The notes beneath the pieces were generated by a model. The model was not told the origin of the DNA. It worked only from the letters and a program-made list of their open reading frames with translations, and did no database searches. A stretch of 64,000 nucleotides of DNA. Source: Octopus sinensis (Eukaryota). Below are positions 12,403-26,156 of this stretch, piece after piece. The DNA is taken from contig NC_043015.1 in the NCBI RefSeq assembly GCF_006345805.1, forward strand, positions 39,370,001 through 39,434,000, given 5' to 3'. Position 1 is the stretch's first letter. Each line of letters opens with the position of its first letter. A program made the translations under genes and the position numbers.

Positions 12403-12823
12403 TACAAATATACATACATATTTATATGTTTGTGTGTGTTTGTGCCTGAATCCCAGAGAGTGTATGTGTGTACATGTGTGTATGTGTATGTATATGTATA
12501 TGTATACATACATATATATATATGTATATATATATATATACACGTGTGTACATATGTGTGTGTGTGTGTGTTTAGAAAATGAAGTTACGCTGGTGTAAAA
12601 TTTCAAGTACGTTCCGGCCTGCCCTACAGGCCAGCCGTACAGTGAAAATTAGTTGAACAACAGTGGCCTCTTCCCCCACCCTCATCCTTCTCCTTCCCTT
12701 CCCCTCCCCTTCCCCTCCTTCTTACTGCCCAAAAGAAACGGTTAAGAAACGTGTTAAAACAGACATTCGCTATGAAATCAACTTCAACTTGATACTTTCC
12801 TTTGGTTCCCCATTCTTCTTCTT

Positions 12824-12905
12824 CTTCTTCTTCTTCTTCTTCTTCTTCTTCTTCTTCTTCTTCTTCTTCTTCTTCTCCTCCTCCTCCTCCTCTTCCTCTT
12901 CCTCC
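12824..12905. repeat. (CTT)n/(CCT)n microsatellite
   Basis: Directly visible. Confidence 0.95.
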
Positions 12906-13754
12906 ACCTCCCCGCCATCGCCTCCTGCTAAGAGATTATCTCAACTTATCCAACTCTCTCAACTTAATTCTAACTCTTTTCTCACCCCTATATCTCTAGA
13001 CTTTGATAAAAACCCGTCAAAATTTAAGCGATCCTCCTAATTATTATTTTTTTTCATTTTTATTTTCTTTTATTTGTTTCTCTTCTCTTTATTTTACCAT
13101 TTTCACTTTGTCTGTGATACACTTGTCTGTTCTTTGTGTTTTACGAGGGTTTAAAAAGAAAAAAAAAATGTCTAAATGTTTTTTGTCAGAATTTACTGTA
13201 AACCGAAACCGCAGACATCTGCCGTAGTGTTGATGTCAAATCCTTTTGCAAAGAGGGACCCAAGTAAACTGCGAATGTCATTCAACTGGAGTCGGGTGGG
13301 GTGGGGTGGGTAACATACTCGAAAACCAAAACGACAAAATGCGGGGCAATTGGCAGAGTTAAGAGTGAGCGCTGGAGAGAATGCCTGGTGGTATTTGTCC
13401 TGACATTCTGCACTTCGTGTTCAGATTCCGCTGAGGCGACCACCAGACGGTACGGTTTCGACCTCTTTGTGGTCATCCTCGGTGATGGATACTCGTCCGC
13501 TAGAGAGACAGCAGTAGTTCACGTCAGCTTGCAATATATAGAGAACAAACGGCACACAATCACTGATCTTGCAACAAGCAAAGTTCCTGGTTAGAAAATC
13601 TCTAAATGAGATTGAATGCAGTAACTATACCGAGAAGAAATGTTTATCGCTACTTCGAAATGGCTGTTCCGTAGGAACTGGGAAACTGAAGCCAGACTAC
13701 TTCAGTATGGCTGTCGTTCTGTGTAGCTTTGGCTTGCTCTGGTCTCAAAGTTTG

Positions 13755-14090
13755 GCACAAGGCCAGAAAGTTCGGGTGAAGGGGTATGAGTCAATTGCAT
13801 CGTCCCCAGAATTCAACTGGTACTTATTTTATCAACTCCAAAAGACGAAAGGCAGAGTCGTCATCGCTGTGATTAGAACTCAGAGCTTAATAACGGACGA
13901 AATGCCGCTAAGCATTTTGCACGATGCGCAAAACGATGCTACCAGCTCACCGCCTTAATCTTATATTTAATATTGGTTTCAGATTTTGGTACAAGGCCAG
14001 CAATTTTAGGAGAGGGTGCTAGTCGATTACATCGGGCCCAGTGTTCAACTGGTACTTAATTTATCGATCTCAGAAAGGATGAAAGGTAAT
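13755..14090 (-). mobile_element. Two degenerate SINE family B copies
   Basis: Core motifs AACTGGTACTTATTT..AAGACGAAAGGC and head GAACTCAGA..GAAATGCCGCTAAGCAT. Confidence 0.7.
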
Positions 14091-14139
14091 GGATGTGTAT
14101 GCATATTTCAAGTGTTATTACTCCTTATATATGTTTAAA

Positions 14140-14820
14140 GAGACAGCAAACATACTCTTACAAACAGTAACCCGTTTGATCTCTGCTGAGAGAATGTGTG
14201 TAGAAACTTGTAGTTCTAGGGATGAAATTTGGCTGAAGTGTTTAGAGTAGAAAGCTATGACAAATCTATGACATTGTACTTTATATAACACTGATAAGTT
14301 CAGTAACTCAAATACAGCATGCCCCTATTGTTTTTGTGGTAACGTTAGAGTGCTCTATGACGGACACAGGGTACGCCTGTTACTATATGATCGATTACTC
14401 TGCTGAAAGTCGAAGTGAAATTGCCCAGTGAATGGTGTTAGATTTAATTCCTCAGAATTCTGTGTAAATGTGGACAACCTAACATAAAGTTTATAAATGT
14501 TGGGGTAGTTGATGTTGTGGTGATTATGGCGAACATTTGTGTGCTTGTAGAGATAAACATGGAGAGACTGTTGTCAAGCTGATATGGCAGAAGTGTGTCT
14601 GGTGGGTTATTGGTGTTAATATAAATTCCAGATGTGACGCTAAGAAATTATATGTACTAGAACTGACGGTAGAAATTAACTGTATTCTTTGACTGTCGAA
14701 ATATTCTTGAAATTTAAGTATCTTCTTTCAGTGTCTGAGAGCCTTTCTAAGTGTTGTGTTTGCGAAATCTCTTTCGATGTAGTAATACCATTTTATTTCG
14801 TCTATTGTAGCTTAGCTTCT
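14140..14820 (-). mobile_element. Highly decayed Penelope-like RT fragment
   Basis: Minus-strand ISTVSSSTYNFLASHLEFILTPIT and NINYPNI resemble PLE RT motifs, with many stops. Confidence 0.35.
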
Positions 14821-14863
14821 GTCAGAGAGGTTTGCGGGTTCCTGAGCAGAGCTGGTAATTATC

Positions 14864-15315
14864 TATTTCTTTATTACCCACAGGGGTCTAAACAAAGAGA
14901 GGACAAACAAGGACAGACAAAGGGTTTAAGTCGACTACATTTACCCCAGTGCGTCATTAGTACTTATTTAATCAACCCCGAAACGATGAAAGCCAAAGTC
15001 GATCTCGGCGGAATTTGAACTCAGAACGTAGCGGCAGACGAAATACCGCTAAGCATTTCGCCCGGCGTACTAACGTTTCTTATTTCTTTATTGCCCACAA
15101 GGGGCTACACACAGAGAGGACAAACAAGGACAAGACAAACGGATTAAGTCGATCATATCGACCCCAGTGCGTAACTGGTACTTATTTAATCGAGCTCGAA
15201 AGGATGAAAGGTAAAGCTAACCTCGGCGGAATTTGAACTCAGAACGTAAAGACAAACGAAATATTGCTAAGCATTTCACCCGGCGTTCAAACGTTTCTGC
15301 CAGCTCGCCGCCGTC
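14864..15315 (-). mobile_element. SINE family B dimer flanked by one 17-bp TSD
   Basis: CAGAGCTGGTAATTATC at 14847-14863 and 15316-15332, with two head-to-tail units between. Confidence 0.9.
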
Positions 15316-15394
15316 CAGAGCTGGTAATTATCATAATAGATTATATTTTAGTAATATAAGAGTTATATTATAGCTATAATACAGTCATATTATA

Positions 15395-15614
15395 CGAGGG
15401 AGTGCTGAAAAGTACTTGGCTTTTAAGGGTGGCATGAAAAGCCTGGTTGGAGGCCCAACCTTCTGAGTTCTTTTATAGAGCTTAGAAAAACTGAAGGACC
15501 GCTGCAATAAGTGTGTGAATCTGAAAGGGGAATGTGTTGAATAAAATCATAATTAACTGATCCTCCTGTATTTTCTTTTACCCAGGAACTTTTCAGTACC
15601 CCACCCCCGCCACG
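15395..15614 (+). mobile_element. mariner deletion derivative (MITE)
   Basis: TA|CGAGGGAGTGCTGAAAAGT ... ACTTTTCAGTACCCC..CACG|TA. Internal LEKLKDRCNKCVNLKGECVE* is a mariner transposase C-terminus. Confidence 0.8.
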
Positions 15615-16641
15615 TAGTAATAATAGTCATATTGTAGCAGTAATAGTCATATTGTAGCAGTAATAGTTATATATAATAGTAATAATGGAGTTCTGATCAT
15701 AAGAGAGTTTTATTATTTGCCAACGAGTATCATAACTTTCGTATATTTTTTCCAAGGAAATTTCATTGAGTTTTATGTTGAGTTCAAATACCATTTGGTT
15801 CTAGATACTCACCCACTTTTATATTTAGGAAATTGTTCACAATTAAATTTTTCTGTTAATAAAGGAGTTGTATGCTTTATAGCTAAGGATGACTTGATCA
15901 AATATTCTGAGAACAAAGCCTTAGGCAGATAATACATGTATCGACCGGCAGAGTGAAGTACGGGCAAAGACTAAAACCTGGGATAACTCGAAGTAGGATC
16001 CATTGGATTACATAATATATCAGCAGATTTTTTAAAGCAAACATTATATGCCTAGGTAGACATGTACACCCTGTATACACATACTATATCTATGGAGAGG
16101 AAACAGGAATCAACTAGTTTCAGTTTTATTTGGGATTTCCTCAGCATCTCAGGTTCTTCTTAACTGTTTACGGGGACACTTGTCATTACTAAACTGAATT
16201 GACTGATTTGCATAAGTAACGCATTCTTGATTATTAATTGATTAGTGGTGTGTTAATTTTATGCTGTACTATAAGAATAATTATCGATAGGATTTTAGCA
16301 ATAGAAGATTTATAATCAGTGCCAATGTGCAAAGCAAAGTTGGTTGTTGATGAAATCTCAACACAGGTTTCGAAGTAATTCCTCTTATCTCTCATTTTTC
16401 TCAACACGAAAATACTGAATTTACATCTGTCTAAAGACAAACTCTTCAGTACAATATGCAGCATTGAAACAAAGTGTTTACATTTGTCTATACATACAGA
16501 GCTACTTAAGCCTCTGTAAGTATATATTCTCAGCACTGAGACGAGATGTTTATATTTTGTTGCAATATTATACACTGTAACACAGCGTTAACCAAATCTC
16601 TTTCTCTCTCTCTCGCTCTCTACATACATATACATACACAC

Positions 16642-16702
<61 letters not shown>

Positions 16703-16768
16703 ACTATTCTTTTATATGCTTCAGCCCTAAAGCTGTGGCCATCCTGGAGCAGCGCCAGTACACATATA

Positions 16769-16999
16769 CTCTTTTTCTATTTTACTCTTTTACTTGTTTC
16801 AGTCATGTGACTGTGGCCATGCTGGAGCACCGCCTTTAGTCGAGCAAATCGACCCCAGGACTTAGTCTTTGGAAGCATAGTATTTATTCTATCGGTCTCT
16901 TTTGCCGAACCGTAAATACACCAGCATCGGTTGTCACGCGATGTTGTGAGGGGGGAACAAACACAGACACTCAGACATATACACACACATACTTATATA

Positions 17000-17060
<61 letters not shown>

Positions 17061-17224
17061 ACATATATACAACCGGCTTGTTTCAGTTTCCGTCTACCAA
17101 ATCCACTCACAAGGCTTTGGTCGGCCCGCGGCTATAGTAGAAGACACTTGCCCAAGGTACCACGCAGAGGGGCTGAACCCGGAACCATGTGGTTTTGGTA
17201 AGCAAGCTACTTACCACACAGCCA
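16769..17224 (-). mobile_element. SINE family A, full length with expanded (TA)n
   Basis: Head through tail present. Confidence 0.9.
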
Positions 17225-17748
17225 TACATATATATATATATATACACATATATATACACAATTGTAAAAAAAACGTTGTTAATGCTATTGAAACAAAACT
17301 CTATTAATGTTTGTTTAAATTCTAGAGAGATTTGTTGAAATTACAGGACATTGCTCCGACGCAATTTTCTTGACAGCTTCGTCCTCTCTTTAGGCCAGTC
17401 TCTGTTACGAAACACGGATTACACGTGTTTAGAACTTTTGTTGAAACTGTAGGCCTCTGTTAACATCTTGTTTTGAGTACCCAGTGGCGATATGATATGG
17501 AAAATTTATATCATAATTGAGACAGGCGGATTAGAAAGAAGAAAAAAAAAAGGTAGGGGTATGGAAGAAAATCAAATACAATATTTTCACGTTCCCGTAA
17601 TCCTTTGGGATTATTTAATCTACTCTCACTTACGAATACTCACACACGCACACACTCAGACACACACATTCACACACACTTACACACATTTTCTTTTTCT
17701 CTCCCTCCTCCTCCTCTCTCTCTCTCGCTCACTCCTGCACGCACACAC

Positions 17749-17795
<47 letters not shown>

Positions 17796-18289
17796 CGTAC
17801 GCGCGCGCACACACCGAACTCTAGCAAAGGTCATTGCAGAAACCCCAAGAGGAAATCTAATATTTTAGAACATTCATTTATATATTTTTTTTTTGCAGAG
17901 GTTCCTATTTCTGTTGCTTCCACTTGGCCAAACCTAACTCACAGCTTCTCACATTTCATGTCATTTTGGTCTCCTCATATTTCAGATATGCTTTGTGTGA
18001 ATAAGTAAATTTCAAACAGAACTGACGGTAAAGAATATTCAAAACTCGAGACGTCTTAACCAAAAATGTTCTTGAGAATTTACGTTCCCAAACTGAAATA
18101 TGTTCATGTTTTGCGTAAGTACATCTATCGACGGTAAATCATTCTTCAAATCGATTGAATCAAATCTAGATTATTCTGTATTTGCAGTGTGATATTTGTG
18201 TTAATAATGAGGTGGTCCTTTAAGGTAACTGGCAATAATCGTTAGCAAACCGATCTAAAATTCTTGTAGACATTTCCTGGCTTTCTGTG

Positions 18290-18425
18290 TTCAAATTCCG
18301 CCGAGGTCGACTTTGCTTTTCATCCTTTCGGGGTCGATAAAATAAGTACCTGTTGAGCAGTGGGATCGATGTGTTCGACTTACCCTCTCCCCTGATATTC
18401 CTGGCCCTGCACCAAAATATGAAAC
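18290..18425 (+). mobile_element. SINE family B (older subfamily) fragment
   Basis: GTTCAAATTCCGCCGAGGTCGACTTTGC..core. Confidence 0.75.
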
Positions 18426-18534
18426 CAGCAATGGTATATTTCTTCATAATTTACTTTTCGTATTCCATGGTGTAATTACTCTATGGAAATTCTCATTACC
18501 TCTTTTGTGACAAGACGAAACTCGTGGCTAATTA

Positions 18535-18724
18535 TTGGGTTGTCCGGAAAGTTCGTGCCGATTTATAGTAGCTTACCTTTCGACTTAACTCCTCTGGGAA
18601 GAGGGTATTTTCAAGTTAAAGGAAAGATTGTGCAACAAAATAGTTCATATTTGGTTGATTAAAAATGTATTTATTGACCCTTTTCTTTCCTTTAAAAACC
18701 GGCACGAACTTTCCGAACAACCAA
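18535..18724. mobile_element. mariner-type MITE
   Basis: TA|TTGGGTTGTCCGGAAAGTTCGTGCCG ... CGGCACGAACTTTCCGAACAACCAA|TA. Confidence 0.9.
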
Positions 18725-18731
18725 TATTTGT

Positions 18732-18940
18732 TTCAAGTTTTGGCACAAGGCCAGCAATTTTGGGGGAGGGTACGATCCATTACATCGATCCCTGTGCTCA
18801 GCTGTCACTTATTTTATCGACCGCAAAAGCATGAAAGGAAAGTCGACCTCTGCGGAATTTGAACTCGGAACGTAAAGACGAACGAAATGCCTCTAAGCAT
18901 TTTGCCTGGCGCGCTAACGATTCTAGTAGCTCGCTGCCTT
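18732..18940 (-). mobile_element. SINE family B (older subfamily)
   Basis: Head, core and alternative tail. Confidence 0.8.
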
Positions 18941-19034
18941 ATTATGGTTAATTATTAAAACCTTTTTTTTTTTGTTATCTCCATTTTGGGTGCAGCCGTA
19001 GCTATGCAGTTATAAAGTCCATTTTTGAACTCAC

Positions 19035-19093
19035 ATGGTTTCAAGCACCAACTGACTTTACCGTAACTTGGGCAAGTAGCTTCTGCATATATC
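19035..19093 (-). CDS. Candidate internal exon (IYAEATCPSYGKVSWCLKP)
   Basis: Strong acceptor TCTTTTGTCAATTTCAG|, 59 nt open in one frame, donor CAT|GTGAGT. Unique sequence; no recognised homolog. Confidence 0.35.
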
Positions 19094-19261
19094 CTGAAAT
19101 TGACAAAAGATTCATTAAGGAAACTTGATCGACAGACCGTGTGATCAGTAGGGTTGATGACCAGCTCGAACATGTACCGGTCAATATCTTTAAGGCAAGA
19201 GGAACCCGGGACCTCGGTTCGAATGCTTACAGTATTAAATTTCAAAGGGACCAGACGATTA

Positions 19262-20835
19262 GGTTAGGAATTCATTAATTGCTTCAGTACCCAGTCATAG
19301 TGTCGCATAAGCTGTGTAAGATAGCTCCTTCCCGGGCCAAAGCCATGTTGGGTGTCAGAGAGCAGGTCATTGTCCTCAAGATACTCAATCAGTCTTTTCT
19401 TGACAATGCGCTCCATGACTTTACAGACGTGGGAGGTCAGGGAGACATGTCTATAATTCCTAGCCTTTGCCCAGCTTCCTCCCTTATGGATAGGGCATAT
19501 TATTCCCTCTTTTAGTTTTTTTGGGAGTTTCCCCATTCTGAGGAACTCCCGGAAAAGGATTTGAAGCAGTCTAGCTAGAGCTCTTTTACATTTCTTTAGG
19601 AGGATTGCAGGGAATCCATTAGGGCCCGTTGCCGAGTTCGAGCTCAGTTCTTTCAGTGGCTGATATCACATCAGTTTCCTCTATGTTGATGTTATCAATA
19701 GTTGCCATTTCACAATGTGTCTCTTCGGGGTCAAAGAACCTATCCGGCATCCGACACATTCACTCGTAGCTTCCCCAGCGGTATGCTGAAAGCACTCTTG
19801 TATTGTCCATTCAGTACTTCACTGATCCTCTGGGGGTCCACAGTTGGTAAACCGTTTTCAACTAGAAGCAGTCCTCTTTCGTAACGCATTGAAGCAGATT
19901 CTTTCGTATATCTATAGAAGGCCTTAGGGTCCGCTTTAATGTTTCTAAAAGCCCTGGCTTCCTTTTCTGCCCTTTCCTTTTCATGGGAAAGTTTGAGTGC
20001 GTTTTCAATCTCAAGCAAGGTGCATTCGAGGTGGATTCGTCTGAAATCTTTTAGATGTCCATTTTGACGGTTTGAGATTTTTGTTTTTCGTCTCATTAGT
20101 ACCCTCCTATTCCTGGATATTACATTTTTCTTCACCCGTTGATTTGATGTCCTCTTTGGGGTAAACTTACTGCAGATATCATATATGTTTGCTATGAAGT
20201 TCTGTAGTTTCATGTCGATGTTTTCCTCCGAGAGGATCGTGCACCAGTTACATTTGAGGACCTCTTTCTCAATGCCCTTCCAGTCAACTTTGTGGAAATT
20301 CAGGCTGGAGATGAGATGAGCATTCCTAGTATTTCGTATGTCCGTGGTCTTTTGTGGTCCATACATCACTAGTTTTATTAAATTACGGTCCGAAAAAGCG
20401 TCAGTGTCACTTTCACGTCATGTATGAATGCCGAGCTGTTTGTGAAACATAGGTCCAGGATATCTTTCCCCTTGTGGCGGCGATGCACCATCTGCTCCAT
20501 AAAGTGTGCGTCAGTGAAGTCAAGCAAAGACTCTGCATGCTTCCGATTTTGAAGTGACATACTTGAAAGGGGACAACCCTCTGGTCATTTTACATGAGGG
20601 AGATTGAAATCCCCTGAGAGAAGTATGAGCAGATCGTTGTCGAGATTCGTCAAAACATCTCTCATATTTTTTGGAGGCCCTCTTCAAATGAGTTCTCATG
20701 ATCTGGCGCATCTGGTGGGCGATATGCGGTACATATTACCATTCTCATATGTTTGATGTGTACTGCCAGAGTATCACATTCAAATGCTCTCTCAAGGCGA
20801 ATACCGCAGTATTACGGCGTTCTTATAATAAATCC
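19262..20835 (-). mobile_element. CR1/L2-group LINE remnant (APE endonuclease to N-terminal RT)
   Basis: AYRPPD..GDFNLPHVKW..DILDLCFTN (APE); KADPKAFYRY; IICPIHKGG..NYRHVSLTSHVCKVMERIV..QHGF..GRSYLTQL (RT). Many stops and frameshifts; truncated before the KAFD motif. Confidence 0.9.
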
Positions 20836-20868
20836 ACGTCAAGTGGAAGATGAAAATTGATACACACA

Positions 20869-20899
<31 letters not shown>

Positions 20900-21746
20900 T
20901 ATATATATATATATACATACATAATACTTACATACATATATACACAAACACATATATTTATGTATTCTAATATACGCATGTTGTGTGTCCTTTTATTTTG
21001 TATATGATACACAACCACCACCACCACCACCACTCTAATTATCATTATCGCTGTCACCATCAATATTATCCTTGCCACGCCCATCACCATCGTCATCACC
21101 CCACCCCCGCTACCACCGCTGCAGCATCTGCTGCCGCCACCACCACCACCACCACCACCACCACCACCACCCCCCCCGCCGCCACTATATTTCCATTCTG
21201 ACATTTTCCATCCTGTCGTTTCCCCGTCACTCCCGTTTCTTTCTCATCATCACCAGACTTCGTTGTTTATTGACTCACTCATGGAATTGGTCACTCTCTC
21301 CACCACATAACACACACACAGATACACACATACATTTATACACATACACATACACACATATATCTATATACACACAGACACATATATATACACACACATA
21401 CATACAAACGCATACACAAATATCCTTACGTAATCTCTCTTTCTCTCTGTCTCTCTCTGTCTCTCTCACACTCTCTCACAGGCAGATGCACTTCCTCTCT
21501 CTCTCTTTCTCTCTCTCTCTGGCATAGACATACACAAACTCATACACATACACACACAACCATATGCATACACACACGTATACACACACACATGTTAAGG
21601 AGAAGAAGACAATTGTATCTTGATCCAATCTGAATATTCGTCAGCAATTGCAGAGATTGGATTTGTGTTCGATAATGAAGGTTGTTTAAGGAGTAACACT
21701 CGAACACCCATTCACATACATACACAGGCTTGTACACAAACGCACG

Positions 21747-21793
<47 letters not shown>

Positions 21794-21998
21794 ATACGCA
21801 CAAAGAGAATTAATCTTAATACAAAACAAGGATGAAAGCCTCCACATAGTCACTCAACTTGCTACCAATATCAGCCAGAACTCTGTCGAATTGCATTCTG
21901 CTGTTTTAGAAAAACGAAGAATACATTGAACAATGTACTCCAAGATATACTAAGTCAGGAAAAATAGATGGTGTGGTCATAACTAGAACGCCTTTGAT

Positions 21999-23099
21999 AA
22001 TGGCTGACAATGCTATCTTCTTAAAACACCCAAAAGAAGACAGCAAGAAGTCATTTTTTTGTGGTTTCCTGCCAAAATTCCGTGTCACGTACGGAAGCGC
22101 GACGAAAAGCTGGTCAAAAAACTCACCAAGGAACTCATTGGTCAGCCAGGCGAATGACTAAAGAAGGATAGTCGAAGTATTTTTTGGACATCGAGATGGT
22201 CTAACGTTAGCATACCGGGCGAAATGCTAGGCGGTATTTCGTCTGCCGATACGTTCTGAGTTCAAATTCCGCCGAGGTCGACTTTGCCTTTCATCCTTTC
22301 AGGGTCGATTAAATAAGTACCAGTTGCGCACTGGGGTCTATATAATCGACTTAATCCGTTTGCCTGTCTTTGTTTGTCCCCTCTGTGTGTAGTCCCTTGT
22401 GGGCAGTAAAGAAATAAGCGTTAACACGCCGGGCGAAATGCTAGGCGGTATTTCGTCTGCCGCTACGTTCTGAGTTCAAATTCCGCCGAGGTCGAATTTG
22501 CCTTTCATCCTTTCGGGGTCGATAAATTAAAGTACCAGTTACGCACTGGGGTCGATGTAATCGACTTAATCCGTTTGTCTGTCCTTGTTTGTCCCCTCTG
22601 TGTGTAGGCCTCGTGGGCAGTAAAGAAATAAGAACGCCTTTGATAATAGGTCTCTATCGAAGTTGACCTGGGACTAAACAACAATAAAGGCAACAGCAAC
22701 ATGAACGATCTAAAAATTGCTCCGATATTGTAAATTATGGAAATACTAAACATCATAAAATGTCGAGACAAGTTAAAGAAGGAAAATTTCGAAGATTAAA
22801 GTTTTAAAAATAAAATAACGGCGGAAAGAATTTGAAACGAAGTCCCAGAACTGGTTTTGTGGCGATTTACTATTGGTTTATCATTCTTGACCACCTCGAT
22901 GTCCCAAAAATACTTCGACTATCCTTCTTTAGTCATTCGCCTGGCTGACCAATGAGTTCCTTGGTAAGTTTTTTGACCAGCTTTTCGTAGCGCTTCCGTA
23001 CTTGATACGGAATTTTGGCAGAAAACACACACACGAAAAAAAAATGGCTAGTTGCTGTCTTCTTTTGGGTGTTTTAAGAAGATAGCATTGTCAGCCATT
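21999..23099. mobile_element. Foldback/MITE-like element with ~205-bp terminal inverted repeats
   Basis: 21999-22201 is the reverse complement of 22889-23099 (AATGGCTGACAATGCTATCTTC ... GGACATCGAGATGGTC). Confidence 0.8.
22200..22630 (+). mobile_element. SINE family B head-to-tail dimer
   Basis: Two units joined at AAAGAAATAAG|CGTTAACACGCCGGG. Confidence 0.9.
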
Positions 23100-23353
23100 G
23101 CAAGACAGGGAGAGAGAGGGGGGGGATTGCAAAGTTGATCGCTGTTCTTGATTGATAGATTATCGATTTCGAACGGATAATTTACCTACGGCAGGAACTT
23201 GAAATGAGAAGGAAGGCACAAATACAGCCAAGAATCCTACCTGGCGCTCTAACGACTTCTAATACAATAAAGGCAAAAACTAATGACACTTCTACTACTC
23301 CTCATGATGGGGTGAGAGTAATAGTAGGCATAGAGACAGTGGGTGCGGTGGCG

Positions 23354-23390
<37 letters not shown>

Positions 23391-23739
23391 GGGGAGAGAA
23401 AGAGAAAGGAATTTAGGGAGAATTTAAGTTTTATTAAAAGTATTGGTGGTAGCAGTGGGAGTAATAATAAAAGAGAAAGAGAGAGAGAGTGGGTATGTGA
23501 GAGAAATACAGAGATGATGTACAACTTTGTTTAACCATGTCTCTTTGACAGAAATTCATGTCGCCAACATACTGAGCACTATCATTTTGTTTTATTTCTT
23601 GCTTTCTTTAATACATATGTACACACACACACACACATAAAATCCACTTTAAGTGAAATAAAGTTTCCCCAAAATTAAAAATATCTAATATAATAAATGT
23701 AGTGTGTCAGTGTGGCACACTTTTTCAACTTTAAGAAAT

Positions 23740-23930
23740 CCTTTCTACTGAAAGCACAAGGCCTCAAATTTCGGGGGAAGGGATTAAGTCGATTACATCG
23801 GTATTAATTTTATCAATCCCGAAAAGCCAAGTCGACCTCAGCAGAATTCGAACTCAAAACCTAACTGCTGACGAAATACCCGAAGCATTTCGCCCGGTGT
23901 GCTTACGATTCTGCCAGTTCGGCACTTTGG
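23740..23930 (-). mobile_element. SINE family B (older subfamily) between ~40-bp direct repeats
   Basis: GTGTGTCAGTGTG(G/T)CACACTTTTTCAACTTTA occurs on both sides (~23703 and ~23966). Confidence 0.7.
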
Positions 23931-24000
23931 TATACTAAAGTAAAATATAATAAATGTGCATGTCGGTGTGTCAGTGTGTCACACTTTTTCAACTTTACTC

Positions 24001-24510
24001 CTAGAGGCCGTAGCCCAACATATCATACTATTTTGGAATAAGGCTGACTCTGTGAGTTAATTAAAAACATTCCGGGCCGAATCCGGATCCACAATCCTGA
24101 AATTTTGGATTCTCAAGTTTTCAGTACTGTGATTGTTTTCGGCGATTTTTTTTACATGATTTTTTGCGACAATTTTTTTTTATACGATAATAATTTCTAT
24201 AATCTAAAGGCTAACTCTGTGAGTAAATTAAAAACATTCCAGGCCGAATCCGGATCCACAATCCTGATATTTTGGATTCCCAAGTTTTCCTTACTATGAT
24301 TTGTTTTCGGCGATTTTTAAATTCTTTTTTTTACATGATAATTTTGCGATGAATATGATCTTCATTGGGATGTGACTCTGGAGGAAGCAATTGCAACAAA
24401 TTCTCGAAAACAAGTCAGAGATCTGTTTGCAGATCTTGCCATTCGGGGTCAGTTACTTAAAAGCTATATACCAGCTTAAAAGCCGCACTGTCGAGCGGCT
24501 TTTAAGCTAG
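24001..24510 (+). mobile_element. Non-autonomous Helitron-like element with internal ~167-bp tandem duplication
   Basis: 3' hairpin AGCTTAAAAGCCGC-N8-GCGGCTTTTAAGCT ending in CTAG|T (24507-24511). Two copies of GGCT(G/A)ACTCTGTGAG..CCGAATCCGGATCCACAATCCTGA. The 5' end is uncertain. Confidence 0.65.
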
Positions 24511-24924
24511 TTAATAATATATACGTTGCTTATGTCTTGTGTCAGCCCCAAATAACAGAACAACCTTGAGATGGCAAGACAGACAAGAACTAGGCGAGCC
24601 GAGCTGATGAAATTAAATTTAAAAGTTTAAATATACAAAGTCGTAGTTAAAAAATATACAAGAGGTTGCTAAAGTGCAACACAGCAATACTTTAATCAGT
24701 TTATTGTTTATATGGCTATAATGAGGGCAGGATGGTGTGGAGAAGAAGAGAATTAATTTCTCAGAGACGAAAGAATCGTTCTTTTCTTTTTTTTGTTTTT
24801 GTTTCGTTTTCTCATGAAATTTACAGTAAGAAGAGACGCACAAATACATAAACACATGCGCTCTCTCTCTCTCTCTCTCTCCTTCCCCCCTATCTCTCAA
24901 TGTGCGTGTGCGCGCGTGCGTGGG

Positions 24925-25378
24925 TATATATTGTATGTATGTATGTGTGTGTGTGTATATATATATATATATGTATGTATGTATTATGTATGTATGTATG
25001 TATATATACGTGTATATATGTTTATATATATATGTATATATATACATATATATATACATACATATATAAATACATATATATATGTATGTATATATATATA
25101 CATATATATATATACATAATATATAATACAATATATATATACATGTATAATACGTATATAATATATGTCTGTATATACATATCTACATATATATATATAT
25201 GTATATATATACATATATACCCACATATATATTATATAATACATATATTATATACATATATATATATGTGTGTGTGTATATATATTTTATATATGTATAT
25301 TATATATATATATATATATATATAATACACATATATATATGTGTGTGTGTATATATATGTATATATATGTATATAATG

Positions 25379-25411
<33 letters not shown>

Positions 25412-25500
25412 TATATATTATATATATATATATATATAATCTATATATATAATATATATATATAGATTATATATATATATATATGTAATATATACATATA
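24925..25500. repeat. Long (TA)n/(TATG)n degenerate microsatellite
   Basis: Directly visible. Confidence 0.95.
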
Positions 25501-25697
25501 TATTACTGGTTACTCGTTTAGTAGTCGCCATGTCCTGGAATGACGGTTCGTATGTGTTCGCCAATCAACAAACAACTCGGAATGCAATGAGACGATGATA
25601 AGTCCGCCACTTCTGCCTTAAACTTAATCCATTTTCTATTTACTCCATATTATTTGTGTTATTAATCACAATCTCTCTGATATGTGATCGGACTTAC

Positions 25698-25732
25698 ATC
25701 AAAATAGTTGTCACTCCGAGTAAAATGGTAAA
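25698..25732 (-). CDS. Candidate micro-exon (FTILLGVTTIL)
   Basis: AATTGCAG| 35 nt |GTAAGT. Weak polypyrimidine tract; phase-compatible with its neighbours. Confidence 0.2.
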
Positions 25733-26156
25733 CTGCAATTTTAAGTCTATTGGTGGTTGTTTATTATTAATCTAACTTGAGCGGCCGTTTTAGAACTTCC
25801 TAAAATCGTTGACATGAATGTTACATGGGCAGGGCAGTGAAGTGTAGGTTTTATACGAGTCGCCTGTTATTTTATGGCGGTAGAAATAGCACGAACAAAG
25901 AAGTCCCTGGGGAGAATATTTGTAGGAAAGAAAAAAGAAAGGAATGCATAAAATATTAACTGTTTTAACGAGTGAGACAAATGAATGAACGATCGGGTTA
26001 CGGTGTCCTACTCCAATGAGAAGATAATGTTTAATGAAAAAGTTCGGAGCACCAAACTCCGTCACGTGAGTGGTGGAATATGGTTGAAACGGAACTCCGT
26101 TCTTTGTAGACGATTGGCTAATGGAAGTTTGCGAAGGAGCAAGCTGTTTTTTTTAC

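Noticed and set aside
15690-16560. Possible continuation of a Penelope ORF
   Set aside because: Too degenerate to assign by eye.
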